A stretch of DNA of 64,000 nucleotides from the NCBI GenBank assembly GCA_950097015.1, contig CATNEN010000024.1, positions 4,278,001 to 4,342,000 on the forward strand. The letters run 5' to 3'. Position 1 is the stretch's first letter. Each line of letters opens with the position of its first letter. Shown here in pieces: positions 1 to 11,300 of this stretch. The notes under the pieces are model-generated. The model was not told the DNA's origin and ran no database searches. It was given only the letters and a program-made list of their open reading frames with translations. This DNA is from Macrostomum hystrix (lineage: Eukaryota > Animalia > Platyhelminthes). A program made the translations under genes and the position numbers.

Positions 1-184
1 AGACATACTCTTTAGTTACACCTAAATTATCTGAACAGGTCTAACCTGATTTACACTAAGCCCCGCTTGTAATCTTACACCTTTAAAGCAGGCACTCTCC
101 ACTCTTCACTGAATGGACACCGATCGACTCTTTGACCTAAAAAACCATCTTATGCCTGGACCCTTTACATCTCATTTCTTTTCT

Positions 185-560
185 CGGGACAGCCATCTCA
201 AGCCTCTACATGGGACAGCCACCTCACGCCCTTATCCAGGATAGCGACATAATTCCTCTACCCGGGACACCCACCTCACGCCTTTTCCAGAGACAGCGAC
301 CCCACACCTTTACCCGGGACAGCCACCCCACACCTTTACCCGAGGCAGCCACCTCACACCTTTACCCGAGGCAGCCACCTCACACCTTTACCCAGGGCAG
401 CCACCCCACACCTTTACCCGTCACAGCCACCTCACGCCTATACACGGGACAGCCACCCCACACCTTTACCCGGGGCAGCCACCTCACGCCTTTACCCGGG
501 GCAGCCACCCCACACCTTTACTCGTCACAGCCACCTCACGCCTACACACGGAACAGCAAC
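185..560. repeat. Minisatellite, about 26-bp unit (cagccacctcacgcctttacccggga-like)
   Basis: cagcca motif at 190 and 216, continuing at multiples of about 26 bp; explains the 210..584 ORF. Confidence 0.9.
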
Positions 561-636
561 CCGTGTCGCAGGATAGTCACCTGACGCCCTGAACCGGGAC
601 TGCCGCCTCGGGCCAACTAACTGATTATATACTTTC

Positions 637-1086
637 CTAACCTTCTAACTTTCTAAACTTTCCTGCCATTGTACTAGGTTGTAAAATGTAGCACCTAATT
701 GCCGTTATACGAATGGGAAAAACTTTTCTCGCCTGTTTGTATGGTTCGAATGGCTGAACAATGGAATCGATTTTTGCCACAGCTAGGCTGCTCTGGTGCA
801 GCAGCTCAATGAGAGCCAGCGCCAACAGGTACCAGTGTGCCTGAATGTCCAGGCGGTTCAGAACCAGGCGGGCGTAGATCACAATGGCCAGCAGGTTGCC
901 GGCTGCGATTCCGGCGCACAGCCCGAGTTGGCAGCCCTTCACAACAAGAAACGTTGAGGTTCGTGGAGGTTCGAACTTGCCCAGGGGATGCGGCCGCCCG
1001 TCCCGCCAAAGACAGTCGTATACAATCCAGACGAAGGTGAAGCTCGTGTCGCTGCACTGATCGGACATACTGGTTTGGTTTGCCAT
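637..1086 (-). CDS. Probable N-terminal part (TM1-TM2) of a rhodopsin-like peptide GPCR; downstream exons not identified
   Basis: TM1-like GCQLGLCAGIAAGNLLAIVIY with the GN motif, then TM2-like HWYLLALALIELL resembling YLxxLAxxDLL; similarity fades afterwards and no splice donor could be fixed. Confidence 0.45.
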   Translation of the reverse strand: MANQTSMSDQCSDTSFTFVWIVYDCLWRDGRPHPLGKFEPPRTSTFLVVKGCQLGLCAGIAAGNLLAIVIYARLVLNRLDIQAHWYLLALALIELLHQSSLAVAKIDSIVQPFEPYKQARKVFPIRITAIRCYILQPSTMAGKFRKLEG

Positions 1087-1745
1087 CGCGATTTCGTATT
1101 TCTAAGGATCAGAGATATTCACAAGATTGACTAGAGCAAAATAATATGGGATCGTTGATTGACAGGTAGACGAAAACTAGAAGATTCAAAGTTTTTATGA
1201 ATCCCAGATCGAGTGTGCTTTGCGGAGGCCATACAGACAGCTCATTTTGTCAGCTCCTTATCTGAATTTCTAGAGGAGGAGAGGGGTGAGGGGTGAGGGT
1301 GTGGGCGTGTGGGTGCTGGCTTCCAATGAGCTGCTGAGGTTTCGCTGCTGAGGGTCCGGAACATTCGCCTAATCTGCCAAGCCGCTGTACGAAAGCGAAA
1401 GCCTCTTTTTATGATATAAAAGACTCGCAGGAGAATAAAAAATAGACTTAACTTCCAACTTCATTGTTTTATGACCAAAGTTAATCTACAGTCAGACAGT
1501 CGAATTGCTTTTATACTGGCAAAGGCAAAGTCAACATTTAGGCTTTTGAACTGATGAAAGCCACTTTAGATCAATTAATTCAGTGAGTTCCCCAGTAAAA
1601 TGTGATGAATTTTTAGTCCGTAGAGTACTCAGAAAACTAAAACTATACGGCTTTGAGTACCCTTCCGTACCAAGTCAGGCCACCCAATTCTACGGCACCT
1701 CACCATCTACAAAAATCACACCATGCCTTAGCATGGTGACCGTGT

Positions 1746-2417
1746 GCAGTGATGACAGGATAGTGATGACAGAGTGTAGTGATGACAGAGGGTAGTGATG
1801 ACAGAGGGTAGTGATGACAGAGGGTAGTGATGACAGAGTGTAGTGATGACAGAGTGTAGTGATGAGAGAGGGTAGTGATGACAGAGTGTAGTGATGACAG
1901 AGGGTAGTGATGACAGAGTGTTGTGATGACAGAGTGCAGTGATGACAGGATAGTGATGACAGAGTGTAGTGATGACAGAGGGTAGTGATGACAGAGGGTA
2001 GTGATGACAGAGGGTAGTGATGACAGAGTGTAGTGATGACAGAGTGTAGTGATGAGAGAGGGTAGTGATGACAGAGTGTAGTGATGACAGAGGGTAGTGA
2101 TGACAGAGTGTTGTGATGACAGAGTGTAGTGATGACAGAGATTAGTGATGACAGGGTGTAGTGATGACAGAGGGTAGTGATGACAGAGGGTAGTGATGAC
2201 AGAGGGTAGTGATGACAGAGTGTAGTGATGAGAGAGGGTAGTGATGACAGAGTGTAGTGATGAGAGAGGGTAGTGATGACAGAGGGTAGTGATGACAGAG
2301 ATTATTGATGACAGAGATTAGTGATGACAGAGTGTAGTGATGAGAGATGGTAGTGATGACAGAGGGTAGTGATGACAGAGATTAGTGATGACAGAGGGTA
2401 GTGATGACAGAGTGTAG
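1746..2417. repeat. Minisatellite, 16-bp unit (gtagtgatgacagagg/t)
   Basis: About 40 tandem copies directly visible. Confidence 0.95.
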
Positions 2418-2934
2418 TTCGTGCCAAGCAGAAGACGAATCGAAAAGTAGTTGAAGACATTCGGGTGTTGAAACACGCCAAGCTGAAGCCTCATCGTCTG
2501 GTTCGGATGCCATTGTCAAAGAGGTTTTTGCATAGACTAGATAAGATCGTCTCTGACAAGATTCTAGTTACATGTTTGCTCCTTGGGGCGAGTTTTCGGA
2601 ATTGTTTGGCTACAATCGAAACTAGGATCAAAGACAAGCCAAAGACAGGAAGAGAGCAGGGCGGAGGTTGGGGTTGGGTGGAAATGTCTAAAATTGGGGA
2701 CAGAGAACTGTCTTGGATTAGCGACAGTTTTGAAACAGCAGCAGCAGCAGCATAGTTGTATTTTATCAATTCCTGTCAACTCGTGTCTCTGCTCGCCTTC
2801 GAGAAACTGATTTGAAACCATTCCAGCAGACACAAGCTTACTTATCTGACGTTTCAAATCACTTAGAAACTGGGGAGGTTTTACGATCGTATCACAGTAT
2901 CCTGTGTGAAACTTTTTTCTGTGAAATTTTGTCC

Positions 2935-3367
2935 CTTTGACACCAGAGGGGTTTGCCTTTGACATCAGAGGGGTTTGCCTTTGACACCAGAGGGGTTTGC
3001 CTTTGATATCAGAGGGGTTTGCCTTTGACATCAGAGGGGTTTGTCTTTGACATCAGAGGGGTTTGTCTTTGACATCAGAGGGGTTTGTCTTTGACATCAG
3101 AGGGGTTTGCCTTTGATATCAGAGGGGTTTGTCTTAGACATCAGAGGGGTTTGCCTTTGATATCAGAGGGGTTTGTCTTAGACATCAGAGGGGTTTGCCT
3201 TTGACATCAGAGGGGTTTGCCTTTGACATAAGAGGGGTTTGCTTTTGACATCAGAGGGGTTTGTCTTTGACATCAGAGGGGTTTGCCTTTGACATCAGAG
3301 GGGTTTGCCTTTGACATCAGAGGGGTTTGCCTTTGACATCAGAGGGGTTTGCCTTTGACATCAGAGG
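2935..3367. repeat. Minisatellite, 22-bp unit (tttgacatcagaggggtttgcc)
   Basis: About 19 tandem copies. Confidence 0.95.
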
Positions 3368-4011
3368 GTTGTCATCCGAAGGGTATCTGTTGGGCATCCG
3401 AAAGGTGTAAAGCAAAAATCTTAGTTTTTATATGATTTGCTCTCATATACCGCAACAACCTACTAACAGTAGAAAGTTACATATACTTCGAGTAAGAGGT
3501 ATTAATTATAAGTTGTACCTACTGAAGTTCAGAATTCCGTAGCGTCATGCGGCAGGCATTTGCATCAGTCCTTCTTTGCCAAACAGAGAGACAGTGCTGC
3601 AGAAGCTACAGATGTCACAGTGGTGACATAGCTTTAGAGTGTCCGCTTAAAAACCTGTGCCAGCCGCGTCGATGCATCTTCCTGGAATGCCGACGCGTGC
3701 TGACCGTTCGACATCGGCGCACCAACTGAGGCCGCAAAAGTTTTCTAGGAACTTTGTTAAAACTATTTTCAATATATAGAACAAAAACTATATATTAAGG
3801 ACTGGCAGGGAAGCTTTTCTTACAGCCTAAAATGATTGAAATTAAAAAACAGCGCATCAGAAAGAGTTTTACCAATATATCCACTGACTTACATAAACTG
3901 TAAAAATAAAACAGCATATCGTATTAACTCGGTTATAGAGACCAGACACAGATTGGCATGTGCCATTGCATGTGCATCAGCATGAAATTTATTGCGATGG
4001 CTGCAAGACAA

Positions 4012-4770
4012 CTGTCTCTCAGAGGGTAGGTAGCCTACAACCCACCTGTCTCTCAGAGGGTAGGTAGCCTACAACCCACCTGTCTCTCAGAGGGTAGGTA
4101 GCCTACAACCCACCTGTCTCTCAGAGGGTAGGTAGCCTACAACCCACCTGTCTCTCAGAGGGTAGGTAGCCTACAACCCACCTGTCTCTCAGAGGGTAGG
4201 TAGCCTACAACCCACCTGTCTCTCAGAGGGTAGGTAGCCTACAACCCACCTGTCTCTCAGTGGGTAGGTAGCCTACAACCCGCCTGTCTCTCAGAGGGTA
4301 GGTAGCCTACAACCCACCTGTCTCTCCGTGGGTAGGTAGCCTACAACCCACCTGTCTCTCAGTGGGTAGGTAGCCTACAACCCACCTGTCTCTCAGAGGG
4401 TAGGTAGCCTACAACCCACCTGTCTCTCAGAGGGTAGGTAGCCTACAACCCACCTGTCTCTCAGAGGGTAGGTAGCCTACAACCCACCTGTCTCTCCGTG
4501 GGTAGGTAGCCTACAACCCGCCTGTCTCTCAGAGGGTAGGTAGCCTACAACCCACCTGTCTCTCAGAGGGTAGGTAGCCTACAACCCACCTGTCTCTCCG
4601 TGGGTAGGTAGCCTACAACCCACCTGTCTCTCAGAGGGTAGGTAGCCTACAACCCACCTGTCTCTCAGAGGGTAGGTAGCCTACAACCCACCTGTCTCTC
4701 AGAGGGTAGGTAGCATACAACCCACCTGTCTCTCAGAGGGTAGGTAGCATACAACCCACCTGCCTCTCAG
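4012..4770. repeat. Minisatellite, 34-bp unit (tgtctctcagagggtaggtagcctacaacccacc)
   Basis: About 22 nearly identical tandem copies. Confidence 0.95.
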
Positions 4771-5394
4771 ATCTCACTGAGCAATTTAATTGAGCAGTTC
4801 GGTTGGAACTTCATAATGCCTCATTGTTACAATTTCAGACTTTAGCTACAGAAATAAGTTAGGCCTGAAAAGTTTCTATACAAAATATCGTGTGAAGCTA
4901 ACCCTAAAAGGCCTTTTATCTAGTTTTTTTCTCCGAAGCAAATATCAACAGCTGCCATAGGCTGTTATTGTTATATTTTCCTAATTCATGTGTTACCATC
5001 TTCAGCTAATATCCAACGATAGAAAGTTTCTCACATTTTTGCTGCTTGTATCAGTTGTGCAATTTTACATCAGCATGGCGCGCAACTCTCTGATTCAATT
5101 TCTGAAGTGAAATGCAACTTATGGAAAAAGACAGATCTTAGTCTCATGAGAAAATGATAAAAAGTCTGCGACTGGAAGCCCTGGATCGGATTTCAGCCCT
5201 GTCGTGAAAGATTAGAAATTTAAAGTGCAGAAAAACACTGCTGCCGATTCGGCTTCAGTTCAGTTCAGTAGAGAAGGCTGTGCACTTGGTAAATAGTGAC
5301 TAGCGTCAAAGGCTTTGCGGTAGAATATTATAATCTAGACCATAAATCAATCAATCATCTACAGATCTATGATCTACTCCCAAAGTTCAATGGG

Positions 5395-5530
5395 ATTAGC
5401 TTGCATTGTTGCCCAATTGTTATAGATTCAGACTTCTGACTGATAGGTCGGGAGTTGAAATCTCAGCTGGGGATAGAAATTTGAGTGGGTGTGGCAATCC
5501 CTGTCCATGGACTGGTCAGCTTCTTTGGGT
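5395..5530 (+). mobile_element. Degenerate tRNA-derived SINE (family B)
   Basis: Decayed head (gataggtcgggagttgaaatc), then gggtgtggca and ctgtccatggactg as in other family B copies. Confidence 0.45.
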
Positions 5531-6249
5531 GGAATCAAGAATGACTGAAAACAGTCTTAGGCACTGAGTTAGACTCTTATTAGAAAGCCAAAACTGTCCC
5601 CACCTGTCCATACGTAGTCAAAAAGGGCAATACCTGTACGAACCAGAAACGCACAAGCAGACAAAAAGAGACACACCTCGCACGTACTATGCAAAGCAGT
5701 TTGAAGCTGCGTCGAGCGAACAGGTCATGTGACTTGAATTTGTCTGTCCGTCCCTGTCTCACAATATTTTATTCGCTTTATTAAGCTACAAATTTATGAC
5801 TACCTTAAGAATAAATACTCTTATTATAATAAAATTGCAGTTGGTCTGAGCTTAAATTGTAGTTACTGTGCTTAGCTGTGTAATAGGATAATAAAGTACT
5901 TTTGTATAGTGCGACAACCAGTTATTCCAGTTAAACTAACTGTTTTGCATGCGAGTAAAGAGACTGCATTAAATAACGTTAAAAATGCAAATACGAGCTA
6001 TAATTGCCATATAGGCTGTCTGCTGAGGTATTCTCAAGCACCTGGAAGGGAAGCAGGTGTGGCTGTTCTCAGTTGCTCAAATGCTAGCAAGCACTCGGCT
6101 CGCATGAAATACTGGATTGAATTCGCTTTTTTAGCTTCTATCGGGAAGCGAAGTGCATATCGTTTGCTCTCTGACTATTAGTATACTAATAACAACATGT
6201 GATTTCACCTGCCGTTATTGGACCAAACAGCAGACAGCACAGAGTACGG

Positions 6250-6376
6250 CTGCTCAGTCCATGGACTGGGGGGAGTGTCTTACTAAAGGATAAACACAGT
6301 GTCCAGTGGAGTCGGGAATCGAACCCCTGACCTTCAAGTCGTGAGTCCGACGCTCTAACGACTAGGCTAAAAGCCC
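6250..6376 (-). mobile_element. tRNA-derived SINE (family B)
   Basis: Minus strand: A-box tagcctagtcgttagagc, B-box ggttcgattcc, body agcaagacact-like, then CAGTCCATGGACTG; head closely matches the copy at 36195. Confidence 0.75.
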
Positions 6377-8358
6377 TTGGGTCTAGGGCATTAAAAATCG
6401 CTTTAAAATGCTTGAAAAGCAATTATACTCTTAGAGTGTATGAGACACGGCTAAATTAAATGATCTTCGTGATTCTAGCAACAACTACCTGTTAAAGGTA
6501 ACGCATGACAGTTTTGGCAATAATGAGCGGTCATGCGGTATAGAATTGAATGGCCGTACTCAGAGGTAGGTGCTTTAGTTTGAGCTGTTGGCCATTTTCA
6601 TCACGAGCAAATGAAATTCTACTCAGCTGTAACCCACAAATGCAGAGCCGCTTATTGGCGCATTTTGAGCAGGGCTCAGACCTGAGCTTCGCCTCAAGAT
6701 TGACAGCCTAGGTGCAGTGTTTTGAAGAACCCTAAAGCCGAGTCGAGTGCATGGGCGGAGGCTGTGCGCAGAAAGAATTAGCGCCTCATCAAAGCTTATC
6801 TCGAGTTCCCCATATCAAGCTTTGCAAAACGTTTTTCTGAGTTAAGCAGTCAAATAGCGAGCTAGCTTTGCGAGTACTTTGCAGACTCATAGTATTGCTC
6901 AGTCACAGACTGTCTGCCAATTGCTGTACTTCACTATTCTTTTGGGAGTCTTATTTAGCATGATTGAGTTTAATTCAGGTATCAATATTGTGATTGAACA
7001 TACTTCGGGTGAGGAATCGAGTTACGACTATACATTAGGTGCTAGACTGTACTAGTCAAATAGTCTTGATTTTAATAAATTTCCTTTAAAAATGTGTTTC
7101 AAAAAGTAGGAGTAAGTTACAAAATTTCCGAAATTCTAATGATTCTTTTCCGTGTGCTGTTCATGTTAAGTGAAAACAATTTTATCTGTGATCTAATACC
7201 TAAATGTAGTACATTGGACCTGTATTTTCAGTTTCGTAAGCACTTAAGAGTGAAATTGAATCGCGCCTTGTTTTGTCACATCAGTCATCTTAAGCCCTAT
7301 AAGACTTGATTTCCTGGCTCAATTGCCAGTAGGAGACCAACGCAATTTAAAATGCGGTGAATCTTTCTTTGACAGCGGCATTATCGCAAATGCTTGCCGT
7401 GCAATTAGCGATGAAATATGACTGTAGAGAGAGAGAGAGATGGTGATGACGGGTGACGGGGTAGGCAAGGAACCCTTAAAGCTCAGATGTGTCGAGTACT
7501 TCGGAGTACAGGTTGGCACAGAGTCGCAAGCAGCCACATGGCTTGAACTGTACCACTGAGAGGCGCATTTGAAAATTTAAATAAAATAGTGGCGGCTGAG
7601 CTGAGTGGAGTCGCTGAAATTCTCAGCTCTCACTCCATTCATTTTATGCCTTGCCTTCATCTGGATGCGTACATCTGAATTCTGAAAGGAACGGGGGGGT
7701 ACAGACTGTACCTCCCCACCAAAATGCAGCCCCGGTTTTTTGGAACAGGCCCAGAGACAGAGGGAGGGAAGAGTGAGGGAGTCTGTGGTTGGCTGGACTA
7801 AGTAAATCACGTGGCCCTTAGGAGGTCAGAATGGGAGGCACAGCGTGCTGAATCTTGCAGACTTTGGCCTGGCCTTCATTGGAGGGGCAGCGCACACCCC
7901 CACTCCTACACCAACCCCCCGCCACCCCAGCAACTCCGCGACAAAAAAGTTGGCCTCAACAAGCGAAGCCCAATTGCACGATCGCTTTAAAGGTATACAT
8001 TATCTCGACGGCTCCCCCTGCCTACCGCAAGTTTCATTCCCGAATATTTATTCAAGAATAAAAAGGCTAGAATATATTGTCATTTTATTTTCATTCAGCA
8101 ACGACCTCTGGCCAAGACCAATAAAAATCCCCTTCCCTGGATTGGTCACTTATCTTTGGTCTTATCGCAAGGTCACCAAACCGAACTGTGCCCACTGGGA
8201 TAAAAAGGCAACATTTCAACACTCTCCTTGCCGAAGAGTCTTGCTAGAGCTGACAAACCTGGCACCCACTGACGCAGTTATTTAAGCTATTTTAGTCTCA
8301 AAGTCCCATTTGAGTTGGCTCACTAAATTAGCTTCTTAAAAATCACTGGCACTGAAAC

Positions 8359-11300
8359 ATGTCCGACAAGGAGTCTGATCTGGCAAGAATTGTCAAATCG
8401 GAAGAGAACCACGAGAATGACAAGCCAGGCAAGAACAATTTGAACAGCGACCCGCCTGGCAAGAAGTACAAGGTGAGTTTACAAGCTGAACCATCTCAAA
8501 AATATCTTTGCCGTTTGCCTCGTAAAATTAATGTCACCTCTCGTGTACCTGGCCTTAGCTACCAATAATCCTCCTCTTCCACTTCATCAAATTGAAGCCT
8601 CACCTGAAATAGAATCGCATAATATAGCTAGACATTTCTCAATTCCTTTGTTTCTTGCACGAGAATGCATACAAAAAATATGAAAACGTAAAAAATCATT
8701 TGAATGTGAAAAGATACATTTTTAGATGAATTACGATGAAATAATTTATTGAGAATTTTCAACTCGAGGTCACTCAAGGTCGCATACATGCGAGTTGCAA
8801 ACGCGAATCACCTACCCCCCTTCGAAAAGGAAAGGGGGAATTATTATTGAAAATAGCAAACTAACAGCTTTCACCTTGTGATCAATATTCGCTGTAAGTT
8901 CTATAGTTACGACTACAGGTTTGAGAGATTTGAGGCGGTGCAAAAAGTACTTCACAGGACTGATCTGAAGGGTTTCCTCGCGATAGGCTTGAAGGACAAG
9001 GATAGCATAATTAATGCATATCTCCTCTGAGCATACTGCTGTGCGTGCTCATTCACCTTCCAGGGCAAGCTAAGACAGGCGAGCAGGGTCTCGTTCAGTC
9101 TGTTGCACCAACTCCATAGCAGTTGGTAGAGAGAGAAGAGAAGACAAGAGAAGGTAGGTTGGACAGTGAGAGGGATAAAACTGTGCGCTCCTCCCTTTCA
9201 AATTGAATGCGGTGTAGCGGGGGGAGCCAACCCTTCGTTCAGGCTGGAACCGCGGGTCCGACAGCAACTGGCATTTCTCTTCCTCTTCTACCCTTCGTTT
9301 CTACCATTGCCAGCGAAAGCATGGCATGCCATGGGTGCCTGGGGGAGCCAGTTGTCCCGCTAAAGCAAGACCATATGCTGTAGGGCCCGAGCTATGTGGT
9401 AAAGTACAATAGAGCTTTCACCAATCTCATAGCCCTATTGGCAAATTTTAAGGGTTCGCTTCCCTCTCCGGGCACCCACAAAAAGTAGAAAAGTAGAAGA
9501 AAAAACTCCTACCTGTCCCCACTTATTCGGGAAATTGTGGGATTCCTGGCCTACCTAAACTGCTTGGGCGCCCGAGAACAAGGACAAAGAATTCATTTTG
9601 CTTTGTTCTTCAATCAATTGCACCGCAGACACAATAAGCTAGCTAACAGCTATGAGTAGATTCACACACAGAAAAACGCATCTAGAATTGTCCTCCGCAC
9701 GACTGGTTTGTATTCCGTTTAAATCGGTGCCAAATAAGATCTGTTCGAAAGTGAACTACTTTTGATAGGATATTTAAATCGGGTATTAGTCTCGCTAGTC
9801 CTTAGAGAAAATAGTATTAGATCCTTCCGAGATTACACCCCTGTTAATCTAATTTCATCAAGTTAGCTAAGCCGTCAAAGTCCCTTTCAATCAGATTATC
9901 CCTTTGCTCATTTTCTGACTCTTAGATCCTCACTAATAATTCCCTTGAAGTAGAATATATTCAAAAAATTGAAATTCTGAACGCTGACTTGCAAATCCGA
10001 AAACAGGAGCAGGATTATTTGAGCGAACCAACAAATCAAAAGTATGGGTACCTGCTCCCCATAGCTACCTACTGATTCTCTCTTCTCCCAACTGACCTAC
10101 CGATTTCCCCCTAGCTACCTACTGATTCTCTCTTCTCCCAACTGACCTACCGATTTCCCCCTAGCTACCTACTGATTCTCTCTTCTCCCAACTGACCTAC
10201 CGATTTCCCCCTAGCTACCTACTGATTCTCTCTTCTCCCAACTGACCTACCGATTTCCCCCTAGCTACCTACTGATTCTCTCTTCTCCCAACTGACCTAC
10301 CGATTTCCACCTAGCTACCTACTGATTCTCTCTTCTCCCAACTGACCTACCGATTTCCCCCTAGCTACCTACTGATTCTCTCTTCTCCCAACTGACCTAC
10401 CGATTTCCCCCTAGCTACCTACTGATTCTCTCTTCTCCCAACTGACCTACCGATTTCCCCCTAGCTACCTACTGATTCTCTCTTCTCCCAACTGACCTAC
10501 CGATTCCCCCCTAGCTACCTACTGATTCTCTCTTCTCCCAACTGACCTACCGATTTCCCCCTAGCTACCTACTGATTCTCTCTTCTCCCAACTGACCTAC
10601 CGATTTCCACCTAGCTACCTACTGATTCTCTCTTCTCCCAACTGACCTACCGATTTCCCCCCTAGCTACCTACTGATTCTCTCTTCTCCCAACTGACCTA
10701 CCGATTTCCCCCCTAGCTACCTACTGATTCTCTCTTCTCCCAACTGACCTACCGATTTCCCCCTAGCTACCTACTGATTCTCTCTTCTCCCAACTGACCT
10801 ACCGATTTCCACCTAGCTACCTACCTAGCTAGCTACCTAAGGATTTTCTTCATGTTCTACCTATTTTATCCAACATTTACGCATTCTCTCTCACTATCTA
10901 CCACCTTTTCTCTCCCTGTGCCTGTCCTTCTATCCCCTCTCCACTCTATTTAAGACAGAGAAAGTCTTAAGTTTTCCAGGACATTTATTCAACAAAGGCA
11001 GCAAAAAAGCTGGAAAGCAGATTAAAACAACCAGTGCCTGTCACGTGACCGGGGATTTGCACCACCTACCAGGACAGTACTTCTGCTTAGGACTAGTTCG
11101 AGTCGTTTAACACGCCATAGAATGAGCACTATTTCATTTGCACTAAATTAATTGAACAATCTTGTGCAAGAACCACGACTCAATTCAGCTAAATTTGGTT
11201 TCAATTGGTGTCTTCGCTCACGTCACAGTTACTTCCCACCGTCAAAATGCTGTCGAATCCGACACCAGCATTTGTAGATTTATTTTCTTGGAAATACAAT

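Noticed and set aside
210-584. Repeat-derived ORFs (also 26960..27220, 28535..28955, 34375..34710, 38702..39278, 55639..56761, 59941..60359)
   Set aside because: Translations merely mirror minisatellite periodicity
1545-1610. Hammerhead ribozyme core (CTGATGA; CTGACGA near 33818)
   Set aside because: No stem II followed by GAAA and no closing stems
7845-8285. 146-aa plus-strand ORF as SLC6 exon 1
   Set aside because: Non-ATG start, no motif and no in-phase donor; 8359..8472 fits better
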